Positions 13,077 through 25,155 of a stretch of 50,400 bases of DNA are shown here, piece after piece. Where the stretch lies: the NCBI RefSeq assembly GCF_003334335.1, contig NZ_QOWQ01000034.1; one strand, 5' to 3'. Every line of letters starts with the position of its first letter. Positions within the stretch are counted from its first letter, which is position 1. A program made the position numbers and the translations under genes. Under the pieces are notes generated by a model. The model saw only the letters and a program-made list of their open reading frames with translations, was not told the origin of the DNA and searched no databases. The DNA comes from Escherichia coli. GTDB lineage: Bacteria > Pseudomonadota > Gammaproteobacteria > Enterobacterales > Enterobacteriaceae.

Positions 13077-14330
13077 TTACGCACGAATGGTGTAATCACC
13101 AATGCCGATCCACTTGTAAGTGGTCAGTGCTTCCAGCCCCATTGGGCCACGCGCGTGGAGTTTTTGTGTGCTTACCGCCACTTCCGCACCCAGACCAAAC
13201 TGGCCGCCGTCGGTAAAACGCGTAGAGGCGTTAACGTAAACAGCGGACGAATCCACTTCGTTAACAAAACGCTGGGCGTTGCGCATATCGCGGGTCAGGA
13301 TCGCATCGGAGTGTTGTGTGCCGTGTTCACGAATATGGGCGATGGCATCGTCAAGATCGCTGACGATTTTGACGTTCAAATCTAATGACAGAAACTCATC
13401 GTCATACTCTTCGGCTTTAACAGCAACCACCTTCGCAGGGCCTGCCTGCAACTGCGCCAGTGCAGCTGCATCTGCGTGTAATGTCACGCCGCTTTCCGCC
13501 ATTTGTTTGCTTAATGCGGGCAGGAAGCTATCGGCGATGTTTTTATTCACCAGCAACGTTTCAACCGTATTACATGTGCTCGGACGCTGAGTTTTCGCGT
13601 TGACGATCACTTTTAATGCTTCAGCGATCTCTACACTTTCATCAACGTAAATATGGCATACGCCTATACCACCTGTGATCACCGGGATTGTCGACTGTTC
13701 ACGGCACAGTTTATGCAAACCAGCGCCACCACGCGGGATCAGCATGTCGATGTATTTATCCATACGCAGCATTTCACTGACCAGCGCACGGTCAGGATTA
13801 TCAATCGCCTGCACGGCACCCGCCGGTAAGCCGCAGGATTTCAGGGCGTCCTGAATCACCGCCACCGTTGCAGCGTTAGTGCGACACGTTTCTTTGCCAC
13901 CGCGCAGGATCACCGCATTACCGGTTTTCAGGCACAGCGAAGCGACATCAACCGTCACGTTCGGGCGCGCTTCATAAATCACGCCAATAACCCCCAGCGG
14001 TACGCGACGACGCTCAAGACGCAGGCCGCTGTCCAGTACGCCGCCATCGATTACCTGCCCCACCGGATCGGCGAGGTTGCACACCTGACGTACATCGTCG
14101 GCAATGCCTTTCAGCCGTGCGGGCGTCAGTGCCAGACGGTCAAGCATCGCTTCGCTAAGGCCATTGGCTCGCGCGTCAGCAACATCCTGGGCGTTAGCGT
14201 TGAGGATGATTTCGCTTTGTGCTTCCAGTTCATCGGCGATTTTTTCCAGCACGCGATTTTTTTCGCGGCTGGAGAGTTGCGCTAATTTATACGAGGCTTG
14301 CTTCGCGGCAATGCCCATTTGTTCCAGCAT
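13077..14330 (-). CDS. proA: Gamma-glutamyl phosphate reductase
   Basis: 417 aa; position after proB. Confidence 0.92.
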
Positions 14331-14341
14331 CAGCCTGCTCC

Positions 14342-15445
14342 TTAACGGGTAATCATGTCATCACGGTGAACGGCAACCGGGCCGTATTCATATCCCAGTA
14401 TTGCATCAATTTCTTGCGAGTGGTGTCCGGCAATACGGCGTAATGCATCGCTGTTGTAACGACTGACGCCGTGGGCGATATCGCGGCCTTCGAGGTTGCA
14501 AATGCGGATGACTTCACCACGCGAGAAATTGCCAGTCACGCTTTTAATGCCTTTCGGCAACAGGGAGCTGCCGCGTTCCAGAATGGCGGCAGTTGCCCCT
14601 TCATCTACCGTGATTTCACCCGCCGGCGGCGCACCGAAAATCCAGCGTTTACGGTTTTCAAGCGGAGTCGCCTGGGCATGGAACAGCGTACCGACGGAAA
14701 TGCCTTCCATCACATCACCAATAACGCCCGGCTTGCTGCCCGCGGCAATAATGGTGTCGATACCCGCACGGCAAGCCACGTCAGCGGCCTGCAATTTGGT
14801 ACTCATGCCGCCAGTTCCGAGGCCTGAAACGCTGTCACCGGCAATCGCGCGCAGTGCGTCATCAATGCCGTAAACATCTTTAATCAGTTCTGCCTGCGGA
14901 TTGCTGCGCGGGTCAGCGGTATACAAACCTTTTTGATCGGTCAGCAGCAACAGTTTATCGGCACCCGCAAGAATCGCCGCCAGCGCAGAAAGGTTATCGT
15001 TATCGCCGACCTTAATCTCTGCCGTAGCGACAGCATCGTTCTCATTGATTACCGGAACGATATTGTTATCGAGCAACGCTCGCAGGGTGTCGCGGGCGTT
15101 CAGGAAGCGTTCACGGTCTTCCATATCAGCACGGGTCAGCAGCATTTGCCCGACGTGAATGCCATAAATCGAAAACAGCTGTTCCCACAGTTGAATCAGT
15201 CGACTCTGCCCTACCGCCGCCAGCAGTTGTTTCGAGGCGATGGTCGCTGGCAGTTCCGGGTAACCCAGGTGCTCACGTCCGGCGGCGATCGCGCCCGACG
15301 TCACAATAACAATCCGATGCCCGGCGGCATGTAACTGCGCGCACTGGCGAACAAGTTCAACGATATGGGCACGGTTCAGACGGCGCGATCCGCCTGTTAG
15401 CACACTGGTGCCGAGTTTTACCACCAGCGTCTGGCTGTCACTCAT
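14342..15445 (-). CDS. proB: Glutamate 5-kinase
   Basis: ORF 14342-15532; start set to internal ATG 15445 ([16 protein letters not shown]) giving 367 aa. Confidence 0.9.
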
Positions 15446-15633
15446 GATTCTCTGCCATTCAATTTTAGGAAAAATGATATCAAACGAACGTTTTAGCAGG
15501 ACTGTCGTCGGTTGCCAACCATCTGCGAGCAAAGCATGGCGTTTTGTTGCGCGGGATCAGCAAGCCTAGCGGCAGTTGTTTACGCTTTTATTACAGATTT
15601 AATAAATTACCACATTTTAAGAATATTATTAAT

Positions 15634-15655
15634 CTGTAATATATCTTTAACAATC
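15634..15655 (+). promoter_or_regulatory. Pho box (PhoB binding site) of phoE promoter
   Basis: CTGTAATATATCTTTAACAATC about 80-100 bp upstream of phoE start; matches CTGTCATA-type direct repeats. Confidence 0.6.
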
Positions 15656-15732
15656 TCAGGTTAAAAACTTTCCTGTTTTCAACGGGACTCTCCCGCTGAA
15701 TATTCGCGCGTTAATTAAAATCAGGAATGAAA

Positions 15733-16788
15733 ATGAAAAAGAGCACTCTGGCATTAGTGGTGATGGGCATTGTGGCATCTGCATCTGTACAGGCTGCAGA
15801 AATATATAATAAAGACGGTAATAAACTGGATGTCTATGGCAAAGTTAAAGCCATGCATTATATGAGTGATAACGCCAGTAAAGATGGCGACCAGAGTTAT
15901 ATCCGTTTTGGTTTTAAAGGCGAAACACAAATTAACGATCAACTGACTGGTTATGGTCGTTGGGAAGCAGAGTTTGCCGGTAATAAAGCAGAGAGTGATA
16001 CTGCACAGCAAAAAACGCGTCTCGCTTTTGCCGGGTTGAAATATAAAGATTTGGGTTCTTTCGATTATGGTCGTAACCTGGGGGCGTTGTATGACGTGGA
16101 AGCCTGGACCGATATGTTCCCGGAATTTGGTGGCGATTCCTCGGCGCAGACCGACAACTTTATGACCAAACGCGCCAGCGGTCTGGCGACGTATCGGAAC
16201 ACCGACTTCTTCGGCGTTATCGATGGCCTGAACTTAACCCTGCAATATCAAGGGAAAAACGAAAACCGCGACGTTAAAAAGCAAAACGGCGATGGCTTCG
16301 GCACGTCATTGACATATGACTTTGGCGGCAGCGATTTCGCCATTAGTGGGGCCTATACCAACTCAGATCGCACCAACGAGCAGAACCTGCAAAGCCGTGG
16401 CACAGGCAAGCGTGCAGAAGCATGGGCAACAGGTCTGAAATACGATGCCAATAATATTTATCTGGCAACTTTCTATTCTGAAACACGCAAAATGACGCCA
16501 ATAACTGGCGGCTTTGCCAATAAGACACAGAACTTTGAAGCGGTCGCTCAATACCAGTTTGACTTTGGTCTGCGTCCATCGCTGGGTTATGTCTTATCGA
16601 AAGGGAAAGATATTGAAGGTATCGGTGATGAAGATCTGGTCAATTATATCGACGTCGGTGCTACGTATTATTTCAACAAAAATATGTCAGCGTTTGTTGA
16701 TTATAAAATCAACCAACTGGATAGCGATAACAAATTGAATATTAATAATGATGATATTGTCGCGGTTGGCATGACGTATCAGTTTTAA
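15733..16788 (+). CDS. phoE: Phosphate-starvation-inducible outer membrane porin PhoE
   Basis: 351 aa from [21 protein letters not shown]; porin C-terminal ...YQF. Confidence 0.92.
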   Translation: MKKSTLALVVMGIVASASVQAAEIYNKDGNKLDVYGKVKAMHYMSDNASKDGDQSYIRFGFKGETQINDQLTGYGRWEAEFAGNKAESDTAQQKTRLAFAGLKYKDLGSFDYGRNLGALYDVEAWTDMFPEFGGDSSAQTDNFMTKRASGLATYRNTDFFGVIDGLNLTLQYQGKNENRDVKKQNGDGFGTSLTYDFGGSDFAISGAYTNSDRTNEQNLQSRGTGKRAEAWATGLKYDANNIYLATFYSETRKMTPITGGFANKTQNFEAVAQYQFDFGLRPSLGYVLSKGKDIEGIGDEDLVNYIDVGATYYFNKNMSAFVDYKINQLDSDNKLNINNDDIVAVGMTYQF

Positions 16789-16796
16789 TGAATATT

Positions 16797-16826
16797 GCCG
16801 GATGTGATGCATCCGGCACATTTCAC
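16797..16826. terminator. Hairpin terminator between convergent phoE and crl
   Basis: GCCGGATGTGATGCATCCGGC stem-loop immediately after phoE stop. Confidence 0.5.
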
Positions 16827-17285
<459 letters not shown>

Positions 17286-18530
17286 TTAACACAAGCGTTT
17301 TTCGATCCAGTCGGTGATTTCCTGAAGACCTTTGTCAAAATTCCGATACACCGGGTTAAATGGGATCTCTAATAATTTACCGTCAGCAGATGATGAGGTG
17401 ATTAAGCGTGAGTCCTCTTCCGGGCTGAACGGATCGTTCTTCCAGTAGCCTGATAACATTGGCGTTGGGCAGCGACGTCCCAGCAATCCTTGCACTTTTA
17501 ATGAATAGCGATTCAGCTCCACGCGCAACGCTTCATCGGAAGCATCATGCATCCCCAAACGACTGGCCAGAACGTCAAGATACATTTCCGGCACCTGTTG
17601 CTGGCACTTAAAATCACTCAACAGGGTATGAACTACCGGACCAAGACAGGCAACCGCTTTCAGACGCGGCGATTCAAGGTATGCCAGACGCACGGCAACG
17701 TTAGCGCCGAAACGGAAACCAAAGGCCGCGACGCGAGTGTGATCCACCCACGGTACGTTAGGCAGCGCCTTTAAGACGTGCTGATGCAACAGGCTGGAGT
17801 CCTGGGTGAGCTTCCATTTTGAAGAAAAGCCCACCGACGGCATATCAATAGTCAGCATCGCAATGCCGCGCGGCGCAAAATAACGTTCATACAGGCTGTA
17901 ATAGTCCGTCTGCATCGCATCCAGACCACCACACATTAATACCGTCGGGAACGGGCCATCGCCTTTCGGCATATGCAAAAAGCCGGTGATGGGCGCACCG
18001 CCGGGTACGGTAAACTCCATCTGCCGCATCGTGCCCGGTAGACGCTGAGCGGCCTCTTCATAGGCGCGGTTTGACAAAGCCTGCGCTTGCTCGGCCAGGT
18101 CATCTCCTTTCAGATGAGGATAGGCGGCAATGTTGTACAACGTAGCCGCATGCAGCCAGTGACGACCACTGAGTTGCGGATCGTCTTCCGCACAGGCTTT
18201 TTGTTGCCACACCATCGCCTGGGTGGCCCACTCATAAATCCAGTTGCCGCCACGGTAGCCAATCACCGTATCGTATAAATCATCGTCGGTACGTTCGGCA
18301 TCGCTCATCACAATACGTGCCTGGACGTCGAGGATTTCGCGTGGGTCAATGCCGCGCCAGATCCACATCAGACGGTTAATCATGCGATACCAGTGAGGGA
18401 TGGTTTTACCATCAAGGGCCGACTGCACAGGCGGTTGTGCGCCGTGATTAAAGCGGCGGACTAGCGTCGAGGTTTCAGGATGTTTAAAGCGGGGTTTGAA
18501 CAGGGTTTCGCTCAGGTTTGCCTGTGTCAT
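17286..18530 (-). CDS. frsA: Esterase FrsA (alpha/beta hydrolase)
   Basis: 414-aa ORF; position between crl and gpt. Confidence 0.9.
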
Positions 18531-18621
18531 GGATGCAGCCTCCAGAATACTTACTGGAAACTATTGTAACCCGCCTGAAGTTAAAAAGAACAACGCCCGG
18601 CAGTGCCAGGCGTTGAAAAGA

Positions 18622-19080
18622 TTAGCGACCGGAGATTGGCGGGACGAATACGACGCCCATATCCCACGGCTGTTCAATCCAGGTATCTTGCGGGATATCA
18701 ACAACATAGTCATCAACCAGCGGACGACCAGCCGGTTTTGCGAAGATGGTGACAAAGTGCGCTTTTGGATACATTTCACGAATCGCAACCGCAGTACCAC
18801 CGGTATCCACCAGGTCATCAATAACGATGAAGCCTTCGCCATCGCCTTCTGCGCGTTTCAGCACTTTAAGCTCGCGCTGGTTGTCGTGATCGTAGCTGGA
18901 AATACAAACGGTATCGACATGACGAATACCCAGTTCACGCGCCAGTAACGCACCCGGTACCAGACCGCCACGGCTTACGGCAATAATGCCTTTCCATTGT
19001 TCAGAAGGCATCAGTCGGCTTGCGAGTTTACGTGCATGGATCTGCAACATGTCCCAGGTGACGATGTATTTTTCGCTCAT
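18622..19080 (-). CDS. gpt: Xanthine-guanine phosphoribosyltransferase
   Basis: 152 aa; PRPP-binding motif [11 protein letters not shown]. Confidence 0.92.
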
Positions 19081-19340
19081 GTGAAGTGTCCCAGCCTGTT
19101 TATCTACGGCTTAAAAAGTGTTCGAGGGGAAAATAGGTTGCGCGAGATTATAGAGATCTGGCGCACTAAAAACCAGTATTTCACATGAGTCCGCGTCTTT
19201 TTACGCACTGCCTCTCCCTGACGCGGGATAAAGTGGTATTCTCAAACATATCTCGCAAGCCTGTCTTGTGTTGACAACATTTTCTGCTAACCCTGTGACC
19301 TGCAATACTGTTTTGCGGGTGATCGACAAGGAGACTTAAC

Positions 19341-20798
19341 GTGTCTGAACTGTCTCAATTATCTCCACAGCCGCTGTGGGATATTTTTGCCAAAATCTGT
19401 TCTATTCCTCACCCGTCCTATCATGAAGAGCAACTCGCTGAATACATTGTTGGTTGGGCAAAAGAGAAAGGTTTCCATGTCGAACGCGATCAGGTAGGTA
19501 ATATCCTGATTCGTAAACCTGCTACCGCAGGTATGGAAAATCGTAAACCGGTCGTCTTACAGGCCCACCTCGATATGGTGCCGCAGAAAAATAACGACAC
19601 CGTGCATGACTTCACGAAAGATCCTATCCAGCCTTATATTGATGGCGAATGGGTTAAAGCGCGCGGCACCACGCTGGGTGCGGATAACGGCATTGGTATG
19701 GCCTCTGCGCTGGCGGTTCTGGCTGACGAAAACGTGGTTCACGGCCCGCTGGAAGTGCTGCTGACCATGACCGAAGAAGCCGGTATGGACGGTGCGTTCG
19801 GCTTACAGGGCAACTGGTTGCAGGCTGATATTCTGATTAACACCGACTCCGAAGAAGAAGGTGAAATCTACATGGGTTGTGCGGGGGGTATCGACTTCAC
19901 CTCCAACCTGCATTTAGATCGTGAAGCGGTTCCAGCTGGTTTTGAAACCTTCAAGTTAACCTTAAAAGGTCTGAAAGGCGGTCACTCCGGCGGGGAAATC
20001 CACGTTGGGCTGGGTAATGCCAACAAACTGCTGGTGCGCTTCCTGGCGGGTCATGCGGAAGAACTGGATCTGCGCCTTATCGATTTCAACGGCGGCACAC
20101 TGCGTAACGCCATCCCGCGTGAAGCCTTTGCGACCATTGCTGTCGCAGCTGATAAAGTCGACGTCCTGAAATCTCTGGTGAATACCTATCAGGAGATCCT
20201 GAAAAACGAGCTGGCAGAAAAAGAGAAAAATCTGGCCTTGTTGCTGGACTCTGTAGCGAACGATAAAGCTGCCCTGATTGCGAAATCTCGCGATACCTTT
20301 ATTCGTCTGCTGAACGCCACCCCGAACGGTGTGATTCGTAACTCCGATGTAGCCAAAGGTGTGGTTGAAACCTCCCTGAACGTCGGTGTGGTGACCATGA
20401 CTGACAATAACGTAGAAATTCACTGCCTGATCCGTTCACTGATCGACAGCGGTAAAGACTACGTGGTGAGCATGCTGGATTCGCTGGGTAAACTGGCTGG
20501 CGCGAAAACCGAAGCGAAAGGCGCATATCCTGGCTGGCAGCCGGACGCTAATTCTCCGGTGATGCATCTGGTACGTGAAACCTATCAGCGCCTGTTCAAC
20601 AAGACGCCGAACATCCAGATTATCCACGCGGGCCTGGAATGTGGTCTGTTCAAAAAACCGTATCCGGAAATGGACATGGTTTCTATCGGGCCAACTATCA
20701 CCGGTCCACACTCTCCGGATGAGCAAGTTCACATCGAAAGCGTAGGTCATTACTGGACACTGCTGACTGAACTGCTGAAAGAAATTCCGGCGAAGTAA
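19341..20798 (+). CDS. pepD: Cytosol nonspecific dipeptidase PepD (M20 family)
   Basis: 485 aa; GTG start. Confidence 0.9.
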   Translation: MSELSQLSPQPLWDIFAKICSIPHPSYHEEQLAEYIVGWAKEKGFHVERDQVGNILIRKPATAGMENRKPVVLQAHLDMVPQKNNDTVHDFTKDPIQPYIDGEWVKARGTTLGADNGIGMASALAVLADENVVHGPLEVLLTMTEEAGMDGAFGLQGNWLQADILINTDSEEEGEIYMGCAGGIDFTSNLHLDREAVPAGFETFKLTLKGLKGGHSGGEIHVGLGNANKLLVRFLAGHAEELDLRLIDFNGGTLRNAIPREAFATIAVAADKVDVLKSLVNTYQEILKNELAEKEKNLALLLDSVANDKAALIAKSRDTFIRLLNATPNGVIRNSDVAKGVVETSLNVGVVTMTDNNVEIHCLIRSLIDSGKDYVVSMLDSLGKLAGAKTEAKGAYPGWQPDANSPVMHLVRETYQRLFNKTPNIQIIHAGLECGLFKKPYPEMDMVSIGPTITGPHSPDEQVHIESVGHYWTLLTELLKEIPAK

Positions 20799-20811
20799 TT
20801 ATTTGATTTGC

Positions 20812-20853
20812 TGCCGGATGGCGTTTAATCGCCTTCCGGCAGTTTCATCCTTC
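20812..20853. terminator. Hairpin terminator after pepD (convergent with prfH)
   Basis: CTGCCGGATGGCG-TTTAAT-CGCCTTCCGGCAG followed by TTT. Confidence 0.55.
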
Positions 20854-20854
20854 A

Positions 20855-21412
20855 TTATCCTTCGATAAAAGCCATCCCTGTAAATGTCCGTCGCGGGTTG
20901 CCACGTTCAATCTGGTGATGGAACATTCGCCGCTGCGATTTCAGCGCCGCGCTATTTTCCTGTTGCTGTTGCTCCAGCTTCCAGGCAATCAGCAATCGTG
21001 CCAGCCGCTTGTTAGCATGCTGACTACGCTCTGACTGAACCTTCACGCTAATACCGGATGCCAAATGCGTGGCGCGTACCGCCGAGTCGGTTTTATTGAC
21101 ATGTTGACCGCCCGGCCCCGACGAACGCAGCGTCTCATAACGGATTGCATCCGATTGTTCCTGCTCATCAGCGGTAAAACGCCCAATGCCCAGAAACCAG
21201 TTTTTGCGCCCATGATGAGGCCGATACGGACTCGGACAAATCCACTGAATAGTGCCACACCAGCTTTCGCTTAATGCCCATGCGTTATCGCCATCGAGAG
21301 AAACCAGCGCCGAACGCAGTGTGTCAGAGTAGCGGCCCGTTTCTGTTTCCAGCACCGTTACCGCGACGTCTTGCCGGGTAAAAACGACCAACAGAGAAGA
21401 ACGCTGCGCCAA
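20855..21412 (-). pseudogene. prfH: Peptide chain release factor homolog PrfH, apparently N-terminally truncated
   Basis: 185-aa ORF with GGQ motif ([11 protein letters not shown]); its 5' region overlaps an rtcB-like fragment. Confidence 0.65.
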
Positions 21413-21590
21413 TCGGGTAGCCGCGTCCGGGGTGTAAATCTGGCATCCCCACTACGCGCTGCATGTTGGGTAAATTTGCCGTGGTGTGTAATTGTTGGAT
21501 CGCTAAACTCTCGATCCACAGGTCATCAGATGCGATGGTAAATACCGCATCGGATAAGGGACGAATATATTTGCCCATGTACCATTCCAT
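21324..21590 (-). pseudogene. ykfJ: RtcB-like RNA ligase N-terminal fragment (ykfJ-type remnant)
   Basis: 88-aa ORF resembling an RtcB N-terminus, far shorter than a full RtcB; overlaps prfH. Confidence 0.5.
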
Positions 21591-21895
21591 TTATACTCGT
21601 CATACTTCAAGTTGCATGTACTGCGACTGCGTTCGTTCACCCCAGTCACTTACTTATGTAAGCTCCTGGCGATTCACTCGCTTGTCGCCTTCCTGCAACT
21701 CGAATTATTTAGAGTATATAAATATAAAAATCAGGAAATGGCAGACGAATCCAGGGCAAGAAAAAAAGAATTAATCCTGGAAAGGTCTGCAAAGAGTCAT
21801 TGATAAAGGATTTGTCATGATTTACCTCCTTGCAGTTTGTGGAATCAGAAAACGCGCACATACCAGGCGGGCGTTATTTTCATTGCAAGCTGGAT

Positions 21896-22348
21896 TTAAT
21901 GTTGCGGTTTATATCGCATATAAAAATTAGTAAACCACGCTCCCCGGCATTCAACGCGCTGCTGCTTAACTGTCTGAAAACCATAACGTTCAAAAAAGGG
22001 TTTTGCGGTTATGCTTGCGTCCACCGTAAGTTCGGATTCAGACTTAATCAAAGGTTTTAACAAAGCGCTGGCAACCCCACGGCGGGTGTATTCAGGGTCA
22101 ACAAATAACATATCGATATAATGTTCAATGCGGGAAATAAAACCAACCGGTTGTGCATTAATGATCGCAACCCACACTTGTGATTTCGCGAGTTTCTCCT
22201 TCCAGCGAGATTCGTCAATCTGCGCCCAGGCGGAAATTTGTTGTGGTGAATAATGCTGACTGGCGGTCATCGTAACCGCTCTAATGAAAATAGCGCATAG
22301 TTGCTGAAAATCGCCAGGCTGATAGTTTCTTATTTGTATGTTATTCAT
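21896..22348 (-). CDS. yafP: GNAT-family acetyltransferase YafP
   Basis: 150 aa; last gene of dinB-yafN-yafO-yafP. Confidence 0.85.
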   Translation of the reverse strand: MNNIQIRNYQPGDFQQLCAIFIRAVTMTASQHYSPQQISAWAQIDESRWKEKLAKSQVWVAIINAQPVGFISRIEHYIDMLFVDPEYTRRGVASALLKPLIKSESELTVDASITAKPFFERYGFQTVKQQRVECRGAWFTNFYMRYKPQH

Positions 22349-22357
22349 AATATAAAT

Positions 22358-22756
22358 TCAAAAACGCATGCGAAACGCTTCTGCCATTTTCCCAATTTTA
22401 TGCATTTGGTTGTTATCTCGAGCCAGTTTATGAGGTTCAGGTTTCAGAATGGCAATGAGCAACCATGCTTGCTCATCAAACGCCCCCTGACAATATACCA
22501 AATGCGCTTCGTCATTCGTTCTGCTGAATTGGCGCAACTGTGGCGGAAATGGATTATTCTCATTTGCCAGATGAATATGAGCAACTCGCTCAAATTTGAT
22601 TAATGGCCAGGTAAAGGAGTCGTCGTAGAGTGCATCGCGACCAAATATATCTGGCAAAACACCGTCACGCTTATAGGAAATAAAATCCGCCGTTAACGCA
22701 TCAAGTTCCTCTGCTGTAAGTTGCAGGCGAATAAGTTTTGTTTTGAATACCCGCAT
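22358..22756 (-). CDS. yafO: Type II toxin YafO
   Basis: 132 aa, directly downstream of yafN. Confidence 0.85.
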   Translation of the reverse strand: MRVFKTKLIRLQLTAEELDALTADFISYKRDGVLPDIFGRDALYDDSFTWPLIKFERVAHIHLANENNPFPPQLRQFSRTNDEAHLVYCQGAFDEQAWLLIAILKPEPHKLARDNNQMHKIGKMAEAFRMRF

Positions 22757-22758
22757 CC

Positions 22759-23052
22759 TTATTCCTTAAAGTCATTGAAATCATCATCCGTCATATCATT
22801 AAGATATTGTTCAGCGCGGCGTGTAATTTCCTCTAATCTTGCAGCACTTGGACGGAAGCGCGCCTTTATGGGCTTTTTCTCCTCTTGTTCAGCAAGCATG
22901 TCCATTAACGCTTCGAATGCGCTGGCACTTAAGAGATATCCTGCGGGGCGATTATTAGAAAGAACCGCAACCGGTTGATCAATAAAGTATTTAGCTGGGT
23001 TTTTACGTAACTCAGTGATATTGACCGATTTTTCAGCGAGAATTCGATGCAT
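22759..23052 (-). CDS. yafN: Type II antitoxin YafN
   Basis: 97 aa, acidic C-terminus; 3-nt gap to yafO. Confidence 0.85.
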   Translation of the reverse strand: MHRILAEKSVNITELRKNPAKYFIDQPVAVLSNNRPAGYLLSASAFEALMDMLAEQEEKKPIKARFRPSAARLEEITRRAEQYLNDMTDDDFNDFKE

Positions 23053-23103
23053 ACAGTGATACCCTCATAATAATGCACACCAGAATATACATAATAGTAT
23101 ACA

Positions 23104-24159
23104 TCATAATCCCAGCACCAGTTGTCTTTCCATTTGCGGGTCAAGCAACGTCACATGCAGCCCCACCAGACGCACACCGCGCCCGCCGCGGCGTTCATCC
23201 CAGGTTTTACGCGCGGTGGCGATTAGATCAGCTTTATTCAGCCGCGGCCAGACGTGCTCCTGGGTGGTTTGCTGAAAATCGTCGAACTTTAATTTCACCC
23301 CCTGGCGAGCAATCAGTAAATCAGGTTTTACCTTTGCCAGACGGCGTTCAAGTTCCGGATACAGCCGCTCGATAATCGCTTCACATTCAGACCAGTGATG
23401 AATATCTTCCGCCATCGTGCGTTCCACGCCGACGGATTTTCGCAACCGTTCGCTGTTAACATCGCGTTCGTCAATCCCCTGACTACGCTCCCACAAAATG
23501 CGGCCAAATTTGCCAAAGCGTTTAAGCAGCATCACCAGATCACACTTTTGTACATCACCGCAGGTCCGCAGCCCCATCGCTTCCAGTTTTGCCGCTGAGA
23601 CTTTGCCGACGCCGGGGATTTTTGCCAGCGGTAAGGTTTGTAAAAATGCCGGAACTTCTGCCGGCGTAATCACAAACTGGCCGTTGGGTTTATTCATGTC
23701 GGAGGCGATTTTGGCGAGAAACTTTACTGGTGCCACGCCCGCAGACGCCGTCAGTTGCAGCTCGTTGAAGATTGTCTGGCGGATTTCCTGGGCGATGAGG
23801 GTCGCAGAACCGTGGCAATGGACGCTATCGGTGACATCGAGATAAGCCTCATCCAGTGACAACGGTTCAATGCGCGAGGTGTAGCGCGAGAAGATTTCAC
23901 GGATATGATTTGAGGCTTCTTTGTAGGCGTCAAAGCGCCCCGGAAGCAAGGTGAGATGTGGGCATAATTTGAGCGCCATCCCTGTCGGCATAGCGCTACG
24001 TACGCCAAATTTACGCGCGGGATAATTGGCGGTGCTGATCACCCCCCGACGTTCGCGGCTGCCGCCAATAGCAATAGGGATATCGCGCAGGGCGGGATTG
24101 TCGCGCATCTCCACTGCGGCGAAAAAGCAGTCCATATCCACATGAATGATTTTACGCAT
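23104..24159 (-). CDS. dinB: DNA polymerase IV (Y-family translesion polymerase)
   Basis: 351 aa; [21 protein letters not shown]-terminus. Confidence 0.93.
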
Positions 24160-24175
24160 TGCTCACCTCTCAACA

Positions 24176-24191
24176 CTGGTAAAGTATACAG
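24176..24191 (-). promoter_or_regulatory. LexA (SOS) box of dinB promoter
   Basis: Minus-strand CTGTATACTTTACCAG, about 17 bp upstream of dinB ATG; matches CTG-N10-CAG LexA consensus. Confidence 0.8.
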
Positions 24192-24229
24192 TGATTTCAG
24201 GGTTTGAGAAATGCGTAAAGATTCAGCAT

Positions 24230-25153
24230 TTAACGCGTTCGCTGCGAAAGCACCTGCTGCTTATCCAGCTTTTGCACCAGCGGCTGCACCACTTTATCCC
24301 CATGCTGACCAAAGTATTGATACAGCGTATCGGACGCACTTTTGGTCAGCACCATAATCTCAATGCGCCGGTTGCCCGCGCTTTGCGGATTTTTGGAATC
24401 CAGCAGCATCTGGTCCGCCATTGCGCTTACCTGCATCACTTTATCTTCCGGCATTCCGGCCTCTTCCAGCACCCGACGAGCCGAAAGCGCGCGGTCACCC
24501 GAAAGGTTCCAGTTGTTGTAGATATTGTTTTTGTAGGCCATCGCATCGGTATGCCCGGTAATAATAATTTTATTATCGAGCGAGTCGAACACTGGCGCGA
24601 GCTCCACCAGCAGCGTTTTAAAGAACGGCATAATCTTCGCGCTGCCGCGTTCAAACATATTGCGGTTCTGGTCGTCTTTAATCAGCACGCGTAATCCCTG
24701 GGGAACAATCTCCATCTCCAGATTCGCTTCCATATGCGCATCACGGGCAATGGTGTTGATACTGGTTGCCAGCTCACCAAGCTCGGTGGCGGATTTCTTC
24801 TTCAGCAGCGCCGTTTTCTCATTCACATCACGCGCTTTTTTCTCCGTCTCTTCCGGCACCGCCACGGTGGCAGGTTTTGGCGGATGAGACGGGCTGATTT
24901 TATTTAACGGCGACAGCCCACCACCGTTAAAAATCGACTGCCCGTGCAGCGCGGCGATAATGCTTTCACGCTCGGATTTACTGACGCTGTTGACAATCCA
25001 CAGCGTCATAAACAGCGCCATCATTGCCAAAGTAAAGTCGGCGAACGCCACCTTCCACGCCCCGCCGTGGTGCCCGGCATGATTCTTTTTGATCTGCCGC
25101 CGGACGATGGTGGTTTTTGCCCCACGATCGCGGCGGTTACCCGTCTTTCTCAT
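24230..25153 (-). CDS. lafU: Lateral flagellar motor stator protein, MotB-like
   Basis: ORF 24230-25186; start set at ATG 25153; TM helix plus C-terminal OmpA-like domain. Confidence 0.85.
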   Translation of the reverse strand: MRKTGNRRDRGAKTTIVRRQIKKNHAGHHGGAWKVAFADFTLAMMALFMTLWIVNSVSKSERESIIAALHGQSIFNGGGLSPLNKISPSHPPKPATVAVPEETEKKARDVNEKTALLKKKSATELGELATSINTIARDAHMEANLEMEIVPQGLRVLIKDDQNRNMFERGSAKIMPFFKTLLVELAPVFDSLDNKIIITGHTDAMAYKNNIYNNWNLSGDRALSARRVLEEAGMPEDKVMQVSAMADQMLLDSKNPQSAGNRRIEIMVLTKSASDTLYQYFGQHGDKVVQPLVQKLDKQQVLSQRTR

Positions 25154-25155
25154 GC

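Noticed and set aside
14342-15532. Extended 396-aa version of proB
   Set aside because: The N-terminal extension has no homology; the internal ATG at 15445 gives the expected 367-aa glutamate 5-kinase
21590-21900. Small ORFs (63-103 aa) in the AT-rich region between the rtcB fragment and yafP
   Set aside because: No RBS, low-complexity translations; probably non-coding decay
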